Origin: Proteromonas lacertae | Taxonomy: Eukaryota | Direction: 5' to 3' | Length of the DNA: 64,000 nt | Assembly: GCA_002245135.1 (NCBI GenBank) | Contig: NGBS01000016.1 | Span: 62,001 to 126,000, forward strand | Part shown: piece by piece, positions 28,709-41,616 of the stretch | How the letters are laid out: every line of letters starts with the position of its first letter | Numbering within the stretch: position 1 is the first letter of the stretch | Position numbers and translations under genes: made by a program | The notes under the pieces: generated by a model | What the model was told of the DNA's origin: nothing | Seen by the model: only the letters and a program-made list of their open reading frames with translations | Databases searched by the model: none

Positions 28709-30219
28709 CTACTTTCGTTTCTTGTTTTTCTTACTTTTCTTACTCTTTCTTGGTATATTAATGTTATTACTACTGCTAGTACTACTAGATGGTGGAGGAG
28801 GTTCAGTTGTAGTATTAGATTGAGTAATTTGAACTGGATCATTCACACATCCATCAGCTTTTCTTTCTTTAAACTCTTTTAATCTTCCTTCAGACTATAA
28901 ATACAATAAAATTAATAATAATATATACAGATAAATCCCAAATTCCAATCATATCAACACCACCACAACATAACACCATATTATTTCCTACTTCATTAAC
29001 ACTACATGTGAGTATGTCGCCAATTGTCATTGTTTTCGTCATAATATGACTAGGTCTACTACTATTATAAATATCCCAAATCTTAACTGTTTTATCTTCT
29101 GAACAACTAAACATAATTCCATTTATATTTTTACTTAAACTAATACAACTAACACTGTGACTGTTATGGGCATTGATTTCATATAATATTTTATTCATTT
29201 TCATATCATATGAATAAATTGTTCCATTTTCACAAGAAAGTAATAAATTTGTAGAAATAAAAGGATTCCATTCGATATGTTCAATTGAAGTATTAAAATT
29301 GTGTGTAAAAATATTATTTGGATTTCTTATATCTATTCCACTTAATATACCATCAGAACTACCACTTGTGAATATTGATGGTTCAATTGTATTGAATTTT
29401 ATTGTTTGTATTTTGTCTTTGTTATGTTTGAATGTTGCATTACATTTTTCGGTTGTAATATCCCAGATTTTGATTGTAGTATCTGCACTTCCTGATATCA
29501 TCACATTTTTGAATGTTTTATTCCAATTCAGTGTTAATACTGCATCTGTATGACCATCACCTATTGGATTTTGCTGATTGTCAACTTTGCCTAAAATACT
29601 TCGTGGTAGATTCTCATTTCCATCACATGACCATATTTCTATAACTGGAAGGAATGTACCAACCGCTACAAAATCTAAACTTTCTATTTTCATAATATTG
29701 ATAAGAAATATGATTATATATATATATATATACCTGTTTCACTAACTCCTTTTGCTCTATCACACCATTCTACACATAATGGGCATGGTCCCACTGGAAT
29801 ATCATGATGTAAGAATAAATCACCACTTTCTGGATCGTATACATGAAATTCAACTGTGCTAATATCTTCAGTACTACTAACCGCTGCTAATACCATGTCG
29901 TTTGCATGAATTGTATAATCATCTTCATCTTCATCGTCATCAAGCTGATATTATAAATAAATGAAATTATACTGTTCCAGTTATATATTCATCTTCTTCA
30001 TTGGATGCAAATTGAGTATTGGAACTTATTTTTAAGGCAGATTCTGATCCTTCTTCAGGAATTAATCCTTCTCTATTTGATTATATATTAAATTTAATGT
30101 ATTTACGCTTCGAGTGTAGATTTCATTTCTTCATCTTCAATTTCCATCTTATCATTTGTCTTAGCTGGATCAATAAAGTGAACATTTTCTTTTGGAATCC
30201 AACATGTTGATGCATACAT
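28709..30219 (-). CDS. PWP1: Periodic tryptophan protein 1 (WD40 ribosome biogenesis factor)
   Basis: MYASTCWIPK start, acidic region, LFLHHDI...PLCVEW, VAVGTFLPVIEIW, GHTDAVLTLNWN, WD40 repeats, basic tail. Confidence 0.85.
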
Positions 30220-30292
30220 CTTTATTTAAGCCTTAATCGATGAAAATGTGAAAAAAGGCTTGACTTGAATATAAACAAATAATTTCTTCATT

Positions 30293-31540
30293 ATGTCTGA
30301 AACTAGTATTCGTATGTCAATTTAATGTGTAGCTAATGTGCCAAAACTCGCTGAAGAAGCTGTTCTAGTAGAATCAGAAGAAATGCCTCCAGATGCTATA
30401 AAAGTAGAAGGGTATATAATTTAATTGATGTATGATAATAGATATGATTTTAACAAAGGCGTAGATTTTCATAAATTGATGGAAAGCTATAAATCAAGTG
30501 GTTTTCAAGCATCAGCAATTGCAAATGCAATAGATGAGATAAATAGGATGGTATTAATAATATGTACTAATGATTATTAGCTTCATTGGAGATTGAGTGA
30601 TGAGCCAATAACAGAAGATGAAAGTGATGAATATTTAGATCCAGAAGTAAGAAAGAAGACAAAATGTACAATATTTTTCAGTTATACATCCAACATGGTA
30701 TCCTGTGGAATGAGAGATATTATTCGTTATTTAGCTGAACACAAACTAGTGGATTGTATAGTGACAACAGCAGGAGGAATTGAAGAAGATATAATAAAAT
30801 GTTTATCTCCATTTTATATTGGTGAATTTAATTTAAAAGGAAAAGATTTAAGATTAAAAGGAATCAACAGAACAGGTAATTTATTAGTTCCAAATAAGAA
30901 TTATTGTTTATTTGAAGATTGGATAAATCCAATTTTAGATAAAATGTATGAAGATCAAAAGAAAAATGGAATAATCTGGAGTCCTTCTAAGATGATCAGT
31001 TTATTAGGAAAAGAAATAAATAATAAAGAATCGATATACTATTGGTGTTATAAAGTATATAAATATATATAATAATCTATTTCAAAATAGAATAATATTC
31101 CAGTATATTGTCCAGCAATTACTGACGGAAGTATAGGTGATATGTTATTTTTCCATTCATTTAATAAGAAAGGTTTAATAATGGATATAATCGAAGATAT
31201 TAGAGGAATTAATTTATTATCTCTTCACTCTAAAAAGACAGGAATGATAATATTAGGAGGAGGTGTAATAAAACATCATGTTTGTAATGCTAATTTGATG
31301 AGAAATGGAGCTGATTTTAGTGTTTATATAAACACAGCACAAGAATTTGATGGTAGTGATGCTGGAGCTAGACCTGATGAAGCAGTATCTTGGGGTAAAA
31401 TAAAAATAACTGCAAATCCAGTGAAAGTATATTCTGATGCTACAATTGTATTTCCTTTGATTGTTGCTGAAACATTTGTTAGATATTATGAAGAGAATAA
31501 AGAAAAAGAAGATGAAATTCTAGTTAAAACTAATCATTAA
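30293..31540 (+). CDS. DHPS: Deoxyhypusine synthase
   Basis: [68 protein letters not shown]. Confidence 0.97.
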
Positions 31541-31653
31541 TATTAATATATCTAATATTATATTATTAAACTAACATTTTTTTGTTCTTTATTAATATAT
31601 TCATTTCTATAATATCTACCACACACAATTAAGATTTAATAATAATAATATAA

Positions 31654-33328
31654 TCAAAATACTTTTGATGCTTTATACACATAAGGTAATAATGCCTCAA
31701 ATGATACATATATTGTTTTTGCTTTATTCCTTGCTAATTTCATTAAATTTGTCACATTTATGGATTGATCAAGAAGATTAATAAGACATAATGGAAATGT
31801 ACTTACATCTCTATCCTTCTTTGTATTTATACCAACCTTCTTTTTTGAGCTAATAAAGAATAAACCAAAATCATTACATCTATTACCTTTATACTTTTTA
31901 TATAAATTTATAAGAATATCAACCATTTCAGGTGATAATTCATGTCTATTACTTATAGTAAACTGAATGCCCATTGGACCAATCAATGCATCAATATCAG
32001 GAAATCCTCCATCGTAACTTAAATCGAAAATATCAATTTCTTTTTTATTTATTTTTGTAGTTAAATCAGCATCATCTTTAACATTCACTACTTTAACATT
32101 TGTATTTAGTTTGTCCAAATCTCTTTTTATCTTGACTTTTGTCATTTTAGGTTTTATGTCTTTATATATTTTATCTATCATCATTTCTTCGAAAAATTTA
32201 CATACTTTAATCATTTCATTTATTACCATTTCTCTAAATATTTTATTTTCTTTCAATAGAAATAACATTATATTTTCATATACACAACCTTTCATACCTC
32301 CATTTGTAGATTTGAACAATATATTCATCGTATCTTTACACTCTTCTATTGAAGTAATTTTGAATAATATTTTCTTCGCTATTTTTCGAATTGTTTCAGA
32401 TACAAATATCAAATGATTGGATTGAGTAACATCTTCTAATGTTTCATATATTAATATTATACTATATTTTATATTATCATTTTCATCTTTTGAAAGAGAA
32501 GATACATTAATTCCTTTAATTATGTCTTTCAGTTTTCTATTTTCTTTCATTTTAGTAAGTACATATTTTATCATTTCTTCATTACATTCTTTATTTTTTA
32601 TTACACCTCCATAATATTTATAATTCTTTCTATATAGTTTTATTTTTTCTTCATAATCAGATGAATCTGTAGGAAATGCTTTTGAACCTTCTCTTAATTC
32701 AGATTTATTTATAAAATGGTTATTAGGTATAATATATTTTGGATCTTCTAGAATTATTACTTTTTCTACTTCTTCTTTTGTAAATGGAGGGATAAACATC
32801 ACCAATGGACATCTTTTACTCTGAAATGTTTTATACTTTTTGTCAGATGGATCAGCTAATAATATTATCATTTTTGCATCACCATAATCATCTTCTCCAA
32901 TTACAGTCCCATCACAAATTAATATATAATCTCTTTCTTTGTGAGATTCATTATAACCACCTATTCTATTTCCATTTTTATCTATATGTTTTATTCTAAC
33001 TACTCCATTCCTTTTTTCATGAATAAATTCTTTTATAAAATTCGCAAATATTGATTTTCCTATTCCAGCTTGTCCATATATTAAAAAACTCTTTTGATGT
33101 CTAAAGTTTAAATCCATATCTTCAGGATAAACTTCTTTCAAAATTGATTTATAACATTTTCTCCTTAAATAACACCGATTATAAGCAAATACTTTAAAAT
33201 CATCTCCTGATAATTCACATAGTGGAGGCGGATTTTCATTCATAACTTCATTATCTTCTTCTCTTTTTCTTCTTTTCCTTCCTTTTCCACTTCCACTTCC
33301 TATTACTTCATCCTCCTCCTCCTCCTCC

Positions 33329-33362
<34 letters not shown>

Positions 33363-35163
33363 CTCCTCCTTCTTCTTCTACTCTTCTTCTTTTTCTTCCT
33401 ATTATTTCTCTTACTTTTCCTCCTTTTCCACTTCCTCTTCCTTCACTTCCTCTTCCTCTTCCTCCACTTCCTCTTCCTTCACTTCCACTTCCACTTCCTA
33501 TTACTTCATCCTCCTCCTTCTCCTCCTCATCATCATCCCCTCCTCCTTCCTCTTCTTCTTCTACTCTTCTTCTTTTTCTTCCTATTATTTCTCTTACTTT
33601 TCCTCCTTTTCCACTTCCTCTTCCTCCACTTCCTCTTCCTCTTCCTCTTCCTCCACTTCCTCTTCCTCCACTTCCTCCTCTTCCACTTCCTCTTCCTATT
33701 ATTTCTCTTACTTTTCCTCCTTGATTTTCATCTAAACCACAATACTTATATTTGCACTTTTCACTATTATTATATTCCTATTATATTATATTTAAATATA
33801 TTATATATACTTTGATTGATTCTTTTATTTTTGTTTCATCAGTTTCTAATTCATCACCATCTAATAATATCTTTATAAATATTCCATTCATTATTAAATC
33901 AAAATAATTATTTTCATCCAATATAAAATAAACAAAATGTTTTCCACCATCAGGATGATGAACTAAGATTGGCTTTTCATAATTCAATTCAAAACTCTTA
34001 TCTTCTTTCGTATTTAATTTAATCATTTCCATACTCAATTCATATGATATCTTCTGTTTCATTGCAACTCTTTTCATTTCTATATCTTTCTCTATTAAGT
34101 CTTTTCTTTTCTTTTTAATATCTTTCTTAATTTGATTATAATATCCACATAATTTATTATATTCAGTTACATCTTTAGGTGGATAGAATTTATACACTAT
34201 GTATTTTTCAACTTGCTCAGATATGAATTTTAAATGTTCTTTTGGTACTAATACTTTATGACCTAATTTGTTATTCATTTTTTCTTCATAATCATATTTC
34301 AATATTATATTGGATAATGGTTCTTTTGTTAATCTTCCTTGTTTCATATAATTACTAACAAAATTATTATAACCAATTGTGCCTACTACACTATCTATTA
34401 ACTTCACATAATAATCCCAATAATCTCTATTACCATAATTCTCTTTATATAAATGATGGAAGTAAATTTGTCTTGGAATATTTCCATATATTTCACATAT
34501 TTTTTCAAATTCTTCATCCCTGCCAATATCTATACATGTATCAAACCATTTTACTACTTCATCATAACTTAATGTTTCGAAATATAATTCAGTTATATTA
34601 TCTCTACCTTTGTATTCTTCAACATTCTTTTCATCAGGAGAACTAATGGATATAACTATATTATTTTTATCATATTCACCATTAAAAGTATCAACTATAA
34701 TTATTGAATCTGTAACAACATTCAAGTTTGAATTTACCTTAGAAATTTGTTTGGTATTTTGGTTAAGTTCATATACTTGATTACTAAGTGGATTACCATT
34801 TTTCTTTCCTTTTACCACGTAAATGCCTTTTATTACTCTTTCACCTGTATCAATATGTTTGTAATCATCATGGATCTTTAAACGATGTAAAAGGTAATAC
34901 AAAAAACTTGTTTTACCTATACCAGGTTGGCCACTTATAATCATCGTTGGATACTTATTGGATTTCATCAGTTTAATGATATCATCATACATTTGCGAGT
35001 AACACACTCTTTTTAAAATCATTCTTCGAGGAAATTGAAAAACTTTAACAGTATCATCTCTAAAATGTAAAAAATCTTTATCAAAATCTTCTAAGCTGTT
35101 CATTATCTTCACAAAATTATCTGTTTCTTCTCCTTCATTATTATTACCTGCAGGACTACTCAT
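31654..35163 (-). CDS. Tandem Crinkler/RHS-like P-loop NTPase + restriction-endonuclease-like protein (~1158 aa, one intron 33778-33810)
   Basis: Two Walker A motifs (GQPGIGKT; GQAGIGKS) each followed by Walker B, SSP/ADP, Y-F/P-x-x-S/T-x-E-E and G-x-I-P-R-like motifs; terminal FPDIDALI...IQFTISNRH; phase-0 intron joins both ORFs in frame through a 178-codon linker. Confidence 0.7.
33244..33722 (-). repeat. Purine-rich degenerate tandem repeat (period ~180-200 nt) encoding Gly/Arg/Ser, poly-Asp/Glu and RKRRR blocks
   Basis: cctattacttcatc at 33299 and 33497; cctattatttctcttacttttcctcc at ~33398, ~33581 and ~33696. Confidence 0.9.
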
Positions 35164-35581
35164 ATCACTTTCTATAAACAAAATTATATATAAAAACGAG
35201 ATGAAAGTACCTAATAAATGAGCTATGAATAATTCAAATGATTGTGAGAATAGCCAATCAAATCACTCAAAAAGGATCATCAAGCATTGAGCTTGATCAT
35301 AATAAATTTAAAAGTAATTTTTGTTGTGATGTGGAAAGAGATGACCATTTATATCTTATTAAATCTTGAATAAATTAACAACCATTATATTATACACAAT
35401 ACACACATAATAGTATCACATATTATTATTTTACTTTATTTAGTTAGCGTATTCAACATCGAACTACTACACAGAAATGTATTTTCTTATATTGTTTTAT
35501 AAAATCACTCACACTCTGAATTGTACATGGCAGTACAGTTTTTTATATTAATTAAATCACAAACTAATAACATTTTACATA

Positions 35582-36438
35582 TTAAAAGAAAGATATATCA
35601 TTCAATTTCATTCTTGAATCACCAATATAAGTTAATAGTCCATTTACCAAATCAAATAGAAAATACTATATAATATATATATATATATATACATACTGTT
35701 AATAATTTATTTATATATCTATCAAATTGTCTATACTCTTCTTGAGGAACATGTAAATTATTTTGTTTTTGAATTATTGTCTTTATCAATATTGTTAAAT
35801 CACCTAATGGTTCATATATTTTTGAATTTGGACGATTAAAATAACTTGTATATGGACTAGTATAAGGTTTACATGTCTTTAATATTGATAATATATTAGT
35901 TGCTTGGTTATCTATTGATTTTATTGTTGAATGATATGTTTGAGATTGTATTACATTCATTGATATTTTCATTATATCTTCACAAGTATGTTTGTGTATT
36001 GAATCATCGCTAGAATATTTTTGCACTTTATTATTTGGCTCTTCCTCTTTTATATCGATGCTTGATGATTCGTTTGATTCTATTTCCATTTTTTCTAATG
36101 ATCTTTCTAATTAATATATCTAATAACACTATATTCATACTTTCTGATTTACAGTTATAGGAATAACCACTCTCGAGTATATAGATTATCAATTGGTTAT
36201 GTAAAACAACTAGTTAAGTAAATTAACATAATTATAATATACTTTCAGATGGAATTAATATTTCTTGCATTATGTTATCAAATTCTTTTGAACTCAACTT
36301 AGAGTTAATATAATCCGACAAACTAAGCCAATACTATTCTTTTAATAAAAATATTCATACTTTATTCCAAAGAGTTTTTTTCCTAGAAGTTATGCTTTTA
36401 TATAACTCACATTTTGTCTTCATATACTCACTTTTCAT
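35582..36438 (-). CDS. Hypothetical protein, multi-exon
   Basis: ATG at 36438, short introns, includes ORF 35652-36089; no recognisable domain. Confidence 0.4.
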
Positions 36439-36520
36439 TTTTTCAAATTACTAAAATATATTCGTTTCTTAAAGAAATAAGCTTGATAAAAGCTTGATTT
36501 ATAAGAAATTAAAATTATCG

Positions 36521-38057
36521 ATGAATAGAATATCTATAGGAATTGATTTGGGTGCGAAATATTCATGTTGTACATACTTGAAACCTGGACCCTCAGTGGG
36601 CCAATACAATTATGTAGAATTTGAGAATGGTTCTAGATTTCTGGCCTGCTATGTATGTTATAAGCAAGTAGAACCAAAAGTTAGTGTAGGAGAAGAGGTT
36701 AGAAACCTTATTATTCGTAATCTACCTTTCACAGTTTATAATACAAAGAGATTGATAGGTAGAAAGTATGATGAATTAATTATAGAGAATTTGAAACATG
36801 TTCCATTTGAAATAATCAATTCAAACAACATTCCTATAATAAAGATCAGATTGGGAAAGACCCAGTTACAATTAACCGCTGAAGATGTTGTATCAGATAT
36901 ACTGTTAAAAGCAAAAAATGTTGCAGATGAACAATGTTTCAATAAACCAAATTTAAAAACCAAAGCAGTAATATCAATTCCAAACTCATACAAAAACAGA
37001 GAAAGAATGAAAACTATAAAAGCAGGCGAAAAAGCTAATTTAGAAGTAATTCGACTAGTAAATGAACCAACAGCTTCAGTGGTAGGATATGTTTATAAAA
37101 AGTTTAAATTAGGTGTAAAAGAGAAAAAAAGATGTTTAATAATTGACTTTGGTTCTACTTCATTGAGTGTAAGTATTGTAGATACAAATACAGAAGAAAC
37201 GAAAGTGACAGTGATTGCTTCTAGTGGTGATAATCATTTAGGTGGTGAAGACATGGACTATAATATATTAAACTATTTTTCTGACAAATTGATGAAAGAA
37301 AAGAAATTCAATTTGTATGAGAATAAAAAAGAATTGGTTTTAATGAAAAGAGCTTGTGAAGAAGCAAAGCATCAATTAATTAAAACTGATTCAGTAAATG
37401 TAGAATGTGATATATTAAAAATTAAAAAGATTGATAGTATACTAACAAGAGATGTGTTTCAATAATTTAAATCAACAAATTTTTGATCGTTATATTTCTA
37501 TTATTGAGAAATTGTTTGAAAGTTCTAATGTATCAAAGGAGAGTATTGATATTATTGTATTAGAAGGTGGAGGAAACAAAGTTTTACAAATACAAAATCT
37601 CATAAGTGAATCATTTAATAGTGTATATATTTACAAGAAAGTATTTAAAGAAGAAGTGTCTCAAGGAGCTGCTGTTCTTGCTTTACCCCATGAAATTGAT
37701 TATATGAGTGTAAATGATGTAATATCATATGATGTACTTGTGTGTACTAAAAATGGAGAAAAAATTAAAGTAATTTCAAAATTTTCTCCAATTCCTTGTG
37801 AAAAGGTTGTTACTATTACTACAGATAAAGATAATCAGAATTTTATTGATTTTAGTATATATGAATGTGATGATGAGAATAATTTGAAATATGGTTGTGA
37901 GATGACAGATTTTAGGTGTGAAAACGTTCCTCCAACACGTAAAGGTATGGTAAAAGTAGAATTGAAGTTTATTTTCAACATGAGTGGAGTATTTGTAATT
38001 GATGGATTAGCTAAACTTCCAGGAACATCACAAACAATAACTGTCAAAGAAATATAA
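36521..38057 (+). CDS. Divergent intronless Hsp70-family protein with a +1 frameshift near 37458 (pseudogene or assembly error)
   Basis: GIDLG, TKRLIGR, RLVNEPTA, GDNHLGGED, TDKDNQ; two overlapping ORFs join if one T is removed from gtgtttcaataat. Confidence 0.8.
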
Positions 38058-38124
38058 ATATAAAAATAGAAATAATACAATAAAGAGTAAAATAAAAGTA
38101 AAAATGTGTTTTTCTTTCTTTTCT

Positions 38125-40262
38125 TTATCCCATTTGTTTTCTTGGAATTGCACAAGCGAAATATTGCATTACAAATTTCTTCATTTCTTCATACTCCATT
38201 ATTCCTTCATATTCATAATAAGCGCCATCTTGTAATATATCAATCACAAATAAAGCAGGAGTTCTTTCAATATGACATAATCCTCTAATTTGTCTACACA
38301 CTTTATTATCATCAGTATTTGCTAATACAAAGCTAATATTATCTCTCTTTAATTCTTTACCAATCTTATTAAAATTTTCAATTATTTGTGCATCATTACC
38401 ACTAATGCAGAATACACATGGTTCTTCGTTAATCTCTTTTGGATTATCTTCTACATTTAATATTGGATTAGGAATCCAAGGATATTCATTAGGATGATGT
38501 TCTAAAGCATCTCTTCCATCACTTCTTATTTTATTACCATCTTTATTATAAATTACAACTGATGGAATTCCAGTAATGTTTAATATGTTATATAACGGCA
38601 TAATTCTTTTATCTTCAAAGGGTATTCCATATAATCCTAAATGATTGAAATATTCATTATATTCGTTTTGATCACTATCTGTTGAGACCCATATAATTGG
38701 AAAATCAACTCCATCAGCAGATAGTTGTTTATCAATATCAATTACTTGTGGTACAAAATTACGACAGACTGGACACCAACTTGTACTGAATAAAATAGCA
38801 AATATTTTGTTATTAATAACATCTTTAGCTTGTACAATATTATTAACATCACCTCCTTTATATAAATCACCATCTAATAAATCATATATCGTTTGCTTAG
38901 TCCAAGGATACTGTAAATGTCCTTCTAAATCTTCTTCTATCATGGTATAAGCATTATCATTTAAACAATTTCCATTATTATCTAATACAATAACAGTTGG
39001 AATTCCTGTCACTCGATATTTAGCATTTATATCTTTACGTGTCTTTTCACTACTAAATGGAATGCTATACCAAGGCATCTCCTTCATATATTCATTATAT
39101 TCATTTTCAGTTTTATCCCAACTGTTATATATTATTTCAAATTGAACTTGATCTTCTTTCATCTCATTGTACAATTTTGATAATTTTGGAAAAAACACTT
39201 TATCAGGTTCACTCCATGAACTACTACAATAAATCAACGTAATTTTATTCTCCAATATTTCATCCACTAAAACGGTATTCTGCTTGTTATCCAATACATT
39301 TTCTCCAACTATTTCCTTGATTATATCCAATGATGTTTTTTCATTATTATTATTAAGGGATTTCTTCTCATTTCCATCTGCAGCTGCTACACTATGTTCC
39401 ATCTCCGTTATATTTGATAATTTCACTTGCAAACCAGCTAAAGAAACCGACACTTCTGATATTTTTATTCTTTTTTCTTTATCTTTTACTATCGTCTTAT
39501 CTAATAAATCATTAATCAACGGAATGTCAGTTAATGGCTGATAAGCTCCTACCATTACTAAGTTCTTAATGTCAGGGATAGAATGACCTGGAAATATATG
39601 TGTTCCAGTTACTATATAATATAATATACAACCAAAACTCCAAACATCTGTAGTAAAATCAATCTCTTCTTCTTTAAACATTTCTGGACTCATATAATAA
39701 TATGTACTGATTGGAATTGTATCTTTTGGGGTTATTTCGTTTTTCATATAGTCTGATAAACAACACTTGCTCATTTCATCATTTGAGAAATAAACATTAG
39801 ATGGCTTGAGATTTCCATATACACAGCCGTTATCATGTAAGCATTGTAAGCCACTACATATACTGTTTACAATACTCTCTAAAGAGTTGTTTTCTTTGAT
39901 ATCTGGGTATTTTACGTTGGTTAAATTAGATTTATATTTTGGCATTTGTAAATCGACTATATGTTTATCTAATAAATATTTTCCTTCTATTGGTACAAGA
40001 AATTCATTTTTTAATGAGTATAACTTTGCCAGTTTGTCAATATAATTCTTAATCTTATCCTCTGCTATATCTCCTGTTTGAATTGTTTTAAGAATACTTA
40101 TTTCTTTAGTTTTTTTATGCTTAACAATAAACACTTTGCTATCATTTCTGATAGAAATCTCTTCCTCAACCTATATTTTATAATATGCAATACATATACA
40201 TTTAAGGGTAAAGATGGATCTGGCAAAACAGCTCTTGGCGAGTGAGAAGCTGCTCCACCCAT
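38125..40262 (-). CDS. Predicted N-myristoylated pseudokinase fused to nucleoredoxin/tryparedoxin-like thioredoxin domains
   Basis: Exon 1 MGGAASHSPR (intron 40171-40199); kinase fold YGNLKPSN, SDY, YMSPE, DVWSFG; Trx domains SSSWSEPD...GIPTVIVL and STSWCPVC...GIPSVVIY; EYPW linkers. Confidence 0.85.
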
Positions 40263-40411
40263 AAAAATAACGAAATAGCTGTTTCAAAAAAATTACTGTT
40301 TCTTTTTTTCTTCAAAACAAAATAAAATAAAATAAAACATAAAAACATATAAGAGATTATTAAATCATAAAAACGACTTTTATATACAACGCAAAATAAC
40401 ATTTACACAAT

Positions 40412-41314
40412 TTACAAATTAATTTCTTCATCACCAGAACATGAAACATCACTTATTCTGATTGGCACAGGCGAAGGTAAATTAGGATCCACATTTAAAG
40501 CCATTGGAGAGGGAGGACATCCAACAGAACTTGAAAATATGGGAATCTCTGTATTAGATATATGAGTCTGTGGAGGTGATATTATAATTACATTATTAGC
40601 CCCACTCTTATTGTTATTAAATGATTGGATTGGAATTGTGGAAGAGGTGAAGAAATTAGGAGTTGTTTTTCTGAGAGTTTTATTACCTATTTCACTCTTT
40701 TGATCATCTGTAGTAGTTGTATTTGATAACTCGATCTTCTTTTGATTGAATGTTGAAGATTTCGCATATGCGTGATTTGTATATAATTCATTACCATTAT
40801 TACTGTTAGAATTACTATCAGGTAATGATTCTGTCAATAAACTACGATGATGAGTTCTATTCTTCTTAATACTTATACCTTCATTATAATTGCTTGGAGC
40901 AATGACATTAATTGGTATTGTACTTGCTGCTGGAAAGTAAACATGGGAACTTACTCCTATTAAGGATCTAGTATGCTGATGATGATAATATAGCCTATTA
41001 GGTGTAGATGCATTCATTGGTATTGAAAATTTATTACTTATTATTGGTTGATCAACTATTTTTTCCTGGTCACTTAATGTAGTATTACTCTTTTGGTCAT
41101 TAATTATTGGAACTGTACTTAGAGAAGGGTAAGAAGATTGTTCTGAAGATATTGATATATGACTTTTCTTTTTTCTTCTTGGGGGAGGAGATTGAGCTAT
41201 TTGCATTTCTGAATCAACATCTGGGTCGTAATTTGCTATTTTTCGACTGTCATTATTTCTTCTGCATGATATAAAATTACACAAAGCAGTAAATGTACTA
41301 CAACACGATTTCAT
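40412..41314 (-). CDS. Hypothetical disordered Ser/Asn-rich protein with Cys-rich N-terminus
   Basis: Uninterrupted 300-aa ORF; MKSCC...C...C could be palmitoylated. Confidence 0.6.
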   Translation of the reverse strand: MKSCCSTFTALCNFISCRRNNDSRKIANYDPDVDSEMQIAQSPPPRRKKKSHISISSEQSSYPSLSTVPIINDQKSNTTLSDQEKIVDQPIISNKFSIPMNASTPNRLYYHHQHTRSLIGVSSHVYFPAASTIPINVIAPSNYNEGISIKKNRTHHRSLLTESLPDSNSNSNNGNELYTNHAYAKSSTFNQKKIELSNTTTTDDQKSEIGNKTLRKTTPNFFTSSTIPIQSFNNNKSGANNVIIISPPQTHISNTEIPIFSSSVGCPPSPMALNVDPNLPSPVPIRISDVSCSGDEEINL

Positions 41315-41616
41315 TCCAGAATAAATATATCTCTTGAACTGTAACCCTATATAATTGTTTGTATAAGCTAAAAATATTGAATGGTAAGTTTATAAATTAT
41401 TTTAAATAAGATATCTTATTTATAAAAGACTAGAACATAAAATGAAAAAAACTGAAATTCTTCGAAAAAATACCCAAAAATTTTAAAACAATGAATTTAC
41501 AATATTTAAAAGGGATGATAAATCTCATTAACTATTTCTTTTCATAACTACAGAAGGATTGGCTTTATTGTACCCATTCTTAATAAAGATTAACGAACAG
41601 ACTTAGGTCTTTTTGC

